From positions 66,233 through 130,232 of the forward strand of contig CAZPHQ010000003.1 in assembly GCA_964586675.1 (NCBI GenBank): a DNA stretch of 64,000 nucleotides. Direction: 5' to 3'. This stretch comes from an uncultured Spirochaetia bacterium (GTDB taxonomy: Bacteria > Desulfobacterota_D > UBA1144 > Nemesobacterales > UBA2774). Position numbers and translations under genes: made by a program. Under the pieces are notes generated by a model, which worked only from the letters and a program-made list of their open reading frames with translations, had not been told where the DNA came from and ran no database searches. Each line of letters opens with the position of its first letter. Positions within the stretch are counted from its first letter, which is position 1. Below are positions 18,658 to 26,030 of this stretch, piece by piece.

Positions 18658-19311
18658 ATGGCTAAAGCGCAGAAATCAAGGAAAGGACGGGTTCGTATGG
18701 GCAAAACTCAGGTAGCCAAGACTACTCGGAAGGAAGAGATTATCAGAGTAGCGGCAAATCTTTTCTCGCAGAAGAGCTACCACGACGTGACGATGGACCA
18801 GATCGCGGAAAAGGTGGGCGTAGCCAAGGGCACGATCTACCTCTACTTCGAATCCAAGGAAAATCTTTATCTCGAAATACTGGAAGAAACCTACGAAGAA
18901 ATCGAGTCGATACTCGAAAAAGAGATAGCCAAGAAAGACCCGGCCCCGCAGAAGCTGAAAAAGATGCTCATGCTGATATTCAAGTTCTACCTGGAGAATC
19001 TCGATGTTCTCAGGATTCTCAGCAGGGACGAGACGCACCTCATCAGGGAGCACTACGAGTTCACGGAGCACTGGCGCGTGAAGGGCGTCAGGTTTTATCA
19101 GAAAATTCTGGAAAAGGGCATTAACGAAGGATCTTTCCGGCCGGTCAACACGGAGCTTACGGCGCTCATCATTTTCGGGCTCGTGCGCTCGGTAATGTTT
19201 TTTTACCATACAGATAAAAACGCAGGAGAAATAGCCGAAGAGATATTTTCGATGATTTCAGAGGGAATCCTGGACCCTCGCTACGAAAAGCCCGCTTCGG
19301 AGGCTGTATGA
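18658..19311 (+). CDS. TetR/AcrR-family transcriptional regulator. The start may instead be the ATG at 18697, which has an AGGA SD.
   Basis: The HTH segment IIRVAANLFSQKSYHDVTMDQIAEKVGVAKGTIYLYF is a canonical TetR N-terminal domain. Confidence 0.8.
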   Translation: MAKAQKSRKGRVRMGKTQVAKTTRKEEIIRVAANLFSQKSYHDVTMDQIAEKVGVAKGTIYLYFESKENLYLEILEETYEEIESILEKEIAKKDPAPQKLKKMLMLIFKFYLENLDVLRILSRDETHLIREHYEFTEHWRVKGVRFYQKILEKGINEGSFRPVNTELTALIIFGLVRSVMFFYHTDKNAGEIAEEIFSMISEGILDPRYEKPASEAV

Positions 19312-19353
19312 GCAGAGTGTAGATCATTCACCAATTTTAAGGAGGTATTACAA

Positions 19354-20532
19354 ATGGCAGTTTCATACCCGTTCAGTTCCAAGATAAGCCACTTTGTGCC
19401 GCCCAAGCAGTGGGCCAGCATGAGAATCGCCCGCGATCTCGAAAAGAAGACAGGAAATAAAATTGTCCACTTCGAGAAGGGTGACTACCAGGGTCCAGAC
19501 TTTTACACGCCCGACCACGTCCTCGAGGCCACGATACAGGCGCTCAAGGACGGATACGTAAGGTACGATCCGGGACCCGGCCTTCCCGAGCTCCGCGAAG
19601 CCATAGCCGCGGAGACCTCGAAGTTCGGAAGAAAGACGAAGGCGGAAGAGGTCATCGTGACAGCGGGCGCCAAGCATGCGCTGACAATGTCGCTCCTCAC
19701 CTTCCTCGAAGAAGGGGACGAAGTCATTTTCCCGAACCCCGGTTATCCCCCGGACGAGGTCTGGGCCAAGTACGTCAGGGCGAACATCAAGCACGTGCCG
19801 CTTACGAAGCCCGACTGGCAGTTCGACCTCGAGAAGCTCGAATCGATGATAACGCCGAAGACGAAGCTCCTCATCATCAACACCCCGCAGAGGCCGAACG
19901 GGCACCTCGTGGAAAACCCCGAGGCGATAGCCGAGATGTGTTTCAGGCATCCGAACCTGATGGTGATATCCGACGAGATATTCTCGCACGTCACCTTCGG
20001 CAAGCCCCACAAAACCATAGCTGCCGTGCCGGGGATGGAAGAACGGACAATAGTGATAGACACGTTCTCTAAAACATATGCCATGACCGGGTGGAGAATA
20101 GGCTGGGCAGTCGCCCCCGTACCGGTTATCGACAAGCTCTCGATATTCCTCCAGGATTCGATAACGAACGTCGCCGCTTTCATACAGAAGGCCGCGTACG
20201 CCGCCATCAGCGGTCCGCAGGACTGGACAGTCGAGAAAACCGCCCTTCTCAAGAAGAAGCGCGACAGGATGATCGCAGGGCTTAATTCCGTGCCCGGCAT
20301 CAAGTGCGACGTTCCGGACGGCGCGTTCTACGCCTTCCCAGACATCACCGGCACCGGCTACACCTCCCAGGAATACACTGACCTCCTGGTAGAGAAGGCC
20401 GGGGTCGCGGTAGTCGCGGGTACAGCCTTCGGCAGCCAGGGCGAGGGATACATAAGGGTAACGTATGCCTGCTCCGACGAGGACATCGACGAAGGTATCA
20501 GAAGAATGAAAGAGGCGAACCTCGTAAAGTGA
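19354..20532 (+). CDS. Class-I pyridoxal-phosphate aminotransferase (aspartate/aromatic aminotransferase-like).
   Basis: 392 aa. The SKTYAMTGWRIGW motif contains the PLP lysine. A strong GGAGG RBS is present. Confidence 0.85.
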   Translation: MAVSYPFSSKISHFVPPKQWASMRIARDLEKKTGNKIVHFEKGDYQGPDFYTPDHVLEATIQALKDGYVRYDPGPGLPELREAIAAETSKFGRKTKAEEVIVTAGAKHALTMSLLTFLEEGDEVIFPNPGYPPDEVWAKYVRANIKHVPLTKPDWQFDLEKLESMITPKTKLLIINTPQRPNGHLVENPEAIAEMCFRHPNLMVISDEIFSHVTFGKPHKTIAAVPGMEERTIVIDTFSKTYAMTGWRIGWAVAPVPVIDKLSIFLQDSITNVAAFIQKAAYAAISGPQDWTVEKTALLKKKRDRMIAGLNSVPGIKCDVPDGAFYAFPDITGTGYTSQEYTDLLVEKAGVAVVAGTAFGSQGEGYIRVTYACSDEDIDEGIRRMKEANLVK

Positions 20533-20565
20533 GGCGCGCTTTGAACCGGGTTTGACCGAAGACGA

Positions 20566-20630
20566 GCCCTTGTCACCTCCGATCTCTAACGACCGGGATG
20601 AGGACAAGGGCCCGCCTTCATTATTTTTAC
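20566..20630 (+). terminator. Putative intrinsic terminator after the aminotransferase gene.
   Basis: A 9-bp stem (GCCCTTGTC...GACAAGGGC) is followed by the T-rich tract CCGCCTTCATTATTTTTAC. The loop is long, about 28 nt. Confidence 0.35.
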
Positions 20631-20762
20631 CCCGCCTGTTTTCATCCTTATCCGCGAATTATTCCTCACCGTTTCAAGACGCCATACAGCAAAGCCGGCC
20701 TTGCATAATTCATTTAAATATTTATTGCAAATCCACCCCGAATAGATAAAACTAATTTAATC

Positions 20763-21611
20763 ATGGCAGCAAAAAAACCGTCGTTTTACAGGGACTATAT
20801 AGTCCGCCAGCTCCTTATTCTGCTCCTTCTGGCTGCTCACGGCGCAGTGCTCGTTTCGTGCTACACAGCGCCCGTCACAGGCAGGTCGCAGCTCATCCTC
20901 CTCTCGCAGTCAGAAGAGAACCAGATGGGCGTGGCGGCGTTTCAGGAGGTTCTTAAAACTGAAAAGGTTTCCACGAACGCGCAATATAACGAGGTGGTGA
21001 CGGACGTCGGCATGCGCATCGCCGCCGTCGCCGACACCCCGACTTACAAGTGGGATTTCAAGGTCATAGAAGACGACGAGCAGATAAACGCCTTCGCGCT
21101 TCCCGGGGGAAAGGTCGCCGTATACACGGGCATACTGCCGGTGGCAGAGAACGAGGCCGGCCTCGCGACCGTCATGGCTCACGAAGTGGCGCACGTAGCC
21201 GCGAGGCACGGCGGGGAGAGGGTATCGACCGACATACTTGCGCAGATAGGGGCCATGGGCGTCGGCGCCGCGGTAGGCGGGAGCGATCCTTACATAACCG
21301 AAGCCGTCATGCAGGCCTATGGCTTGGGCGTTCAGGTAGGCGGCATTCTCCCGTTCACGCGCGGGCAGGAAGCGGAGGCCGACCGTATAGGCCTCATCTA
21401 CATGGCCAAGGCCGGGTACGATCCCAGGGAGGCCGTGGCCTTCTGGGAGCGCATGGACGCCGCCAACAAGGGTAAGCCCCAGCCGCCCGAATTCCTTTCC
21501 ACGCATCCGGGATACGGGACTAGGGTGAACAACTTGAAGCAGTGGCTGCCCGAGGCCATTCCCTATTACGAAAAGGCGCAGAAGGCCCCGAACAACCCCA
21601 TAACCAAGTAG
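20763..21611 (+). CDS. M48-family zinc metalloprotease, likely a lipoprotein (LoiP/YggG-like).
   Basis: HEVAHVAARHG contains the HExxH zinc motif. The N-terminal hydrophobic segment ends with the lipobox-like LVSC. 282 aa. Confidence 0.7.
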   Translation: MAAKKPSFYRDYIVRQLLILLLLAAHGAVLVSCYTAPVTGRSQLILLSQSEENQMGVAAFQEVLKTEKVSTNAQYNEVVTDVGMRIAAVADTPTYKWDFKVIEDDEQINAFALPGGKVAVYTGILPVAENEAGLATVMAHEVAHVAARHGGERVSTDILAQIGAMGVGAAVGGSDPYITEAVMQAYGLGVQVGGILPFTRGQEAEADRIGLIYMAKAGYDPREAVAFWERMDAANKGKPQPPEFLSTHPGYGTRVNNLKQWLPEAIPYYEKAQKAPNNPITK

Positions 21612-21683
21612 CCGTGGAGTTATAACCGGCTTACCATTATATTAAGGAGCGGGAGACGCGAACATCCCGCGAGGTGAACAGCT

Positions 21684-22340
21684 TTGTCCAGGTCCGAGAG
21701 GATACGGAAATTCTACGACGAGCTCTACAAAAAATACGGGCCGCAGGGTTGGTGGCCGGGGGATTCTCCGCTCGAATGTATAGTCGGGGCGATACTCACC
21801 CAGAGCACGTCATGGAAGAACGTCGAGAAGGCGATTTCCAACCTTAAAAACGAAGGTCTCCTTTCGGTCGATAAGCTAAGCCTGGTTACGGCTGAAGAGC
21901 TCGCCGAGATGGTGCGCTCCTCGGGCTACTACAACCAGAAGGCCATTAAGATCAAGAATTTCATTTCGTTTCTTAACGCCGGCTACGGCGGGAGCCTCGA
22001 AAAGATGTTCGCGGAAGAAAAATCCGTCCTTAGAGAAAAACTTTTATCCGTAAAGGGCATAGGGCCTGAAACGGCGGACAGCATATTGCTCTACGCGGGC
22101 GGCATGCCGGTGTTCGTGGTGGATGCGTATACGTGGCGGGTTTTGTCACGGCACGGGATCGTTCCGGTGGAGACGAATTACAGCGAGATGCAGGAGGTTT
22201 TTACGGATTCCCTCGACGAGGACGCCGGGCTGTTCAACGAATACCACGCGCTCATTGTAAGGCTGGGAAAAGAGCACTGCCGAAAAAGTCAGCCAATTTG
22301 CGCAGGCTGCCCGCTGGAATTTGATCCGCACTCGGTGTGA
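21684..22340 (+). CDS. HhH-GPD superfamily DNA glycosylase (endonuclease III-like / MagIII-like).
   Basis: 218 aa with a helix-hairpin-helix segment (LLSVKGIGPETADSILLYA) and a catalytic Asp region. The C-terminus has only three Cys of an FeS-type cluster (C-x6-C-x2-C) and then ends. Confidence 0.7.
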   Translation: MSRSERIRKFYDELYKKYGPQGWWPGDSPLECIVGAILTQSTSWKNVEKAISNLKNEGLLSVDKLSLVTAEELAEMVRSSGYYNQKAIKIKNFISFLNAGYGGSLEKMFAEEKSVLREKLLSVKGIGPETADSILLYAGGMPVFVVDAYTWRVLSRHGIVPVETNYSEMQEVFTDSLDEDAGLFNEYHALIVRLGKEHCRKSQPICAGCPLEFDPHSV

Positions 22341-24804
22341 TGGATGTCAACATATCAAATTAGGACACCTTATTCTCTTTGCAATTTCTGCAATCTCTAC
22401 ACCGAGGAAGAAAATCATCTTTTTTAGAAGTCAAATTTTTCGGTTTCGTTTTCCAACTATGCCCATTGGGACACTTCAACCATATATTTGCAGAGGACGC
22501 CGGCCCGATTTCATATGGAGATAATCCGATATTCCTTTCATAATCCCAGTAAGAAGTTTTATTAGGAAATAGTGCTCCAAAGCTTTCTTCCAGTGATCTT
22601 TTAGCTCGGCTATCTATAGCACATTTACTACAACCATGTCCGGCAGCCTTATTGGCAATTGTGGAAAGTGTAACATGGCCTTTACTGAGACATTTAAAGT
22701 ATGCCTTTTTACCGGACCGAGATGAAACATCCTCTGGTCTTAAATCTCCATTCTTATCATAATCCCATTCTCTTGCGGCATTAGGAAATAAGTCTGCAAA
22801 GCTATTACCAGGTAGGGCTGTCTTCCTCTGACTCATGAGAAAATCAAACTCAGATTCGTTTTGAAACGATGTAGTGGAAAGATATGTATCAATCTTTTGC
22901 ATATGGCCTATATCTAAATGAACTCTTTTCTGTATTGCTTTTAAAATATTCTTGATAGTCGAGACGTTATTTATTTCCTTTGGAATGAGTAAATCATCAT
23001 CTTTCAATTTTTGTAGTCGTTTATCTCTTACTCGAATCAATACGATTTTATTGAGATTGAGCATTCTCTCCTTATTACGGTCATTATCCTCTTTGCCCTG
23101 ATGCCATGGATAACCATCATATTCAATTGCTAATTTATAATCCGAAACAAAAATATCACATTCACAGCCGAACATTTTATGACGGTGTTCAAGTGTATCA
23201 AATATCATCTTGAGTTCTGTATATATCCTAAGTTCAGATGCAGAAGTTTGAGAATAACAATTTGGACACCCCCTCCCACTGGCGGTTCTGTGGTTAACCG
23301 TGTCTTTCCATGTGTGTCCTTTCTTACATAACCACCATAAACTTTTATTTGAACATGGACTTATTTCACAAAGATTCAAGCTATGATTTTTTGAAGGATG
23401 CAACTCATTCGCTATTTCTGGAAAATTTTTTCGTAAGTTCCATTCTTGTGTTGCTAAATGTCCTGAACAATAAGGACAGCCACTTTTTCTGTTGGTTCTT
23501 TGGTTGGGACTAACTGACCAACTATGACCTTTCTCACATTTCCAAAAATATTTTTTTTGAGTTCCAGGAGCAATTTCATAAGGAGATTTTTGATTATTCT
23601 GATAATCCCACTCTTTCTCTAGAGATGGATATAAAGCGCCTAAAGAGTTGTGTCTAACTATTTTCTTGTTATTACAAATAGGGCATTGTCTTCCACGCCT
23701 TGTTCTATTACTAATACTAGCTTCAAATTCTTGCTTGCAAATATTGCATATCCACCACACACTTCTTCCTGATTTCATGGTTACATCCCATGGAGTTAAA
23801 TCACCATTTTTCGTCGGATGCCACTCATCGGCTTTCTCTGGGCAAGCCAAAGCCAAACAGTTTTTGCTTGGATTTCTTTTGCTGGTTATTCTTCCTGCAC
23901 ATATTGCACATCTCGTGCTTCTTCTTACCCTATCTGCAATTTTACATGACCATTGATATCCGCATACGCTACATATCCAATTCACCTTTTTGGCTGAGCC
24001 GTAAGATAAGTTCTCCGGCTCAAGACCTCCATTTTTCGAATAATCCCATTCGCTAAATATGTCCGGATAGTTAATGACAAAGGAGTTCTTTTCGGAAACT
24101 TTCCTACCCGAGCAATAAAGACAACCCTGACTATGTATCGTTCTATTAGAAATGTAAGCTTTCCATTCACCATTGCATCGTATGCACTTCCACCATACTT
24201 TTCTACGTGATCCATAACTAAAATCCTGAGGGTTTAAATTTCCATTACGTAACAGATGCCACTCTCTGACCAAATCGGGATAATTAACAATTAATGAGTT
24301 CCTCTTGGAAACTCTCTTTCCGGAGCAATAAGGGCATCCCTGTCCATGTATTGTTCTGTTAAAAATGTAAGTTTCCCATTCACCCTCACATTTTAAACAT
24401 TGCCACCATACCAGTTTATGTGACCCATAGGTAAAATTATCAGGACTTGCAATTCCGTTACGGGATGGATGCCACTCTTTAATCAAATTCGGATGAGAGA
24501 TTGATAGGTTTATATGATCTTCCACAAATATCTTATAGTACAGCAACTTAGAGTTTTGGTTTTATTTTATCATTCTAAGAATTTTGTTCATAGCCCAACC
24601 CGAAATGTAACCTTCCCCCCTAGTTTTTGGACATTAGTAAGGAATTTCATATACATACCGAAACCTGAAACTAAGAGAGAGAAAAGTCTTCTGCTTGAGA
24701 GAGAAACAACTTTGAAAATGCAGGTATCCGCTCGAATTCGACCCCCACTTCGTATAAACGGGGGAACTCAACCGGACCGATTTAGCTTTGAACCAGTGTC
24801 CTGC
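22341..24804. mobile_element. AT-rich (~35% GC) compositional island, probably a horizontally acquired insertion. It sits between the nth-like gene and the rplT terminator. No integrase or flanking repeats were identified.
   Basis: Sharp GC drop: windows at 23641-23700 are ~35% GC, windows at 21001-21060 are ~65% GC. The island carries a single large ORF. It lies immediately downstream of the conserved thrS-infC-rpmI-rplT operon. Confidence 0.55.
22360..24546 (-). CDS. Hypothetical 728-aa protein with eight tandem treble-clef zinc-ribbon repeats (DUF4379-like) and a central Vsr/DUF559-like PD-(D/E)xK nuclease domain. It lies in the AT-rich island.
   Basis: Repeat unit: P.L..EW(H/D)P.KNG.L.P.....S..KVWW.C..C.(G/H)EW......R....GCPYCSG. 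Four repeats have CxxC...CxxC and four have CxxGH...CxxC. Residues ~436-510 (nt ~23017-23241) read CDIFVSDYKLAIEYDGYPWHQGKE...DRNKERMLNLNKIVLIRVRD, matching the Vsr/DUF559 core. Local GC is ~35% against ~60% in flanking DNA. Confidence 0.7.
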   Translation of the reverse strand: MLYYKIFVEDHINLSISHPNLIKEWHPSRNGIASPDNFTYGSHKLVWWQCLKCEGEWETYIFNRTIHGQGCPYCSGKRVSKRNSLIVNYPDLVREWHLLRNGNLNPQDFSYGSRRKVWWKCIRCNGEWKAYISNRTIHSQGCLYCSGRKVSEKNSFVINYPDIFSEWDYSKNGGLEPENLSYGSAKKVNWICSVCGYQWSCKIADRVRRSTRCAICAGRITSKRNPSKNCLALACPEKADEWHPTKNGDLTPWDVTMKSGRSVWWICNICKQEFEASISNRTRRGRQCPICNNKKIVRHNSLGALYPSLEKEWDYQNNQKSPYEIAPGTQKKYFWKCEKGHSWSVSPNQRTNRKSGCPYCSGHLATQEWNLRKNFPEIANELHPSKNHSLNLCEISPCSNKSLWWLCKKGHTWKDTVNHRTASGRGCPNCYSQTSASELRIYTELKMIFDTLEHRHKMFGCECDIFVSDYKLAIEYDGYPWHQGKEDNDRNKERMLNLNKIVLIRVRDKRLQKLKDDDLLIPKEINNVSTIKNILKAIQKRVHLDIGHMQKIDTYLSTTSFQNESEFDFLMSQRKTALPGNSFADLFPNAAREWDYDKNGDLRPEDVSSRSGKKAYFKCLSKGHVTLSTIANKAAGHGCSKCAIDSRAKRSLEESFGALFPNKTSYWDYERNIGLSPYEIGPASSANIWLKCPNGHSWKTKPKNLTSKKDDFLPRCRDCRNCKENKVS

Positions 24805-24835
24805 CGGAAACAGCAAAGCCGCCCGAAGGCGGCCT
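24805..24835 (-). terminator. Rho-independent terminator of the rplT operon.
   Basis: On the minus strand: GGCCGCCuucgGGCGGC followed by UUUGCUGUUU, about 30 nt after the rplT stop. Confidence 0.6.
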
Positions 24836-24866
24836 CTTTGTATTCTATCTTAAAAAATCAGTATGC

Positions 24867-25220
24867 TCAGTTAAGCCCGCTTCTGGCGACGTCTACGACT
24901 GCCTTGAAGCTCTCGGGCTCCCTGATAGCCATTTCGGAAAGCGACTTTCTGTCGAGCTCGACGCCGGCTTTCTTGAGCGCACCCATGAAGCTGCTGTACG
25001 AAAGACCATAGGGCCTCACGGCTGCGTTGATCCTGACAATCCAGAGCTTCCTGAAGTCTCTCTTCTTGAGGCGCCTGTGCCTGAAGGCATAGGCCATGGC
25101 CCGGAGTACTGTTTCCTTGGCGCGCCTTACGTTATTCTTCCTTCTGCCCCAGTATCCCTTGGCGCTCTTAAGGAGCCTCTTTCTCCTCTTCCTGGATGCT
25201 ACCCCTCTTTTTATTCTCAT
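24867..25220 (-). CDS. rplT: 50S ribosomal protein L20.
   Basis: MRIKRGVASRKRRKRLLKSAKGYWGRRKNNVRRAKETVLRAMAYAFRHRR... matches canonical L20. Confidence 0.95.
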   Translation of the reverse strand: MRIKRGVASRKRRKRLLKSAKGYWGRRKNNVRRAKETVLRAMAYAFRHRRLKKRDFRKLWIVRINAAVRPYGLSYSSFMGALKKAGVELDRKSLSEMAIREPESFKAVVDVARSGLN

Positions 25221-25276
25221 TTCCTGCTCCCTTTCGAGATATTATACCGCTTCTGTTCCTGCCCGAATATGTCGTA

Positions 25277-25480
25277 TTACTTATAAGGTATGTAGGACCT
25301 TATCCTTAACGCCGCCGTCCCGTCGATGAAGTCGGCGGAGCCCAGTCTTCTCATGCGCTTCCGCCCCTTTTTTTCGTTCGAGTGGCTTTTGCTGCCGTGG
25401 TATCTTTTTATCTTGCCCGAGCCCGTGACCTTGAACCTCTTTGCGGCGCTTCTGTTCGTCTTAACCTTCATTTTTGGCAT
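25277..25480 (-). CDS. rpmI: 50S ribosomal protein L35.
   Basis: 67 aa. MPKMKVKTNRSAAKRFKVTGSGKIKR... is L35-like. Confidence 0.9.
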   Translation of the reverse strand: MPKMKVKTNRSAAKRFKVTGSGKIKRYHGSKSHSNEKKGRKRMRRLGSADFIDGTAALRIRSYIPYK

Positions 25481-26030
25481 TTTCTTTCCCGCCTTGTCCT
25501 GTGCTTTTCTTTGGTGAAATCACCATAATCAGATTCTTGCCTTCGAGCCTCGGGGGCATATCGACCCCGCCTATGTCCGCCACCCGCTCGAGTATCCTGT
25601 TAGCGAGCGCCCGGCCGAGCTCGGGATGAACTATTTCCCTGCCCCTGAAAAATATCCTTATCTTCGCCTTGTTTTCGTCCTCTAAAAACTCCCTTATCCG
25701 GGTGATTTTAACGTCGAGGTCGTGATCCCCGATGTTCGGACGAAATTTTATTTCCTTTACCGTATGAACTTTCTGCTTCTTGGCGTTGGCCTGCTTCTTG
25801 AGCTCGTACTTGTATTTCCCGAAGTCCATCATCCGGCATACCGGAGGATTGGCGTTCGGGGCCACTTCGACGAGGTCTACGCCCCTTTCTTCCGACATCG
25901 CGAGGGCGTCTTTTATCGGCACTACGCCAAGCTGCTGGCCGTCTTCGGATATAAGGCGCACTTCCCTGGCCCTTATCCGCTGGTTTATACGGACTTCAGG
26001 CTCCCTGCTGCTTCCTTTTGCGCTCCTCAC
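25461..26030 (-). CDS. infC: Translation initiation factor IF-3. The true start is probably a non-ATG codon near the thrS stop.
   Basis: INQRIRAREVRLISEDGQQLGVVPIKDALAMSEERGVDLVEVAPNANPPVCRMMDFGKYKYE matches IF-3 closely. Confidence 0.9.
   Translation of the reverse strand: MRSAKGSSREPEVRINQRIRAREVRLISEDGQQLGVVPIKDALAMSEERGVDLVEVAPNANPPVCRMMDFGKYKYELKKQANAKKQKVHTVKEIKFRPNIGDHDLDVKITRIREFLEDENKAKIRIFFRGREIVHPELGRALANRILERVADIGGVDMPPRLEGKNLIMVISPKKSTGQGGKENAKNEG

Noticed and set aside
19363-20607. 414-aa minus-strand ORF
   Set aside because: It is antisense to the aminotransferase gene, has an Arg/Gly/Leu-rich low-complexity translation, and has no motif.
24690-24770. Possible tRNA 3' fragment or att site at the right edge of the AT-rich island (gctcgaattcgacccccacttcg)
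   Set aside because: It has T-loop-like TTCGA, but no convincing T-stem or acceptor pairing. I found no matching direct repeat at the left island boundary.
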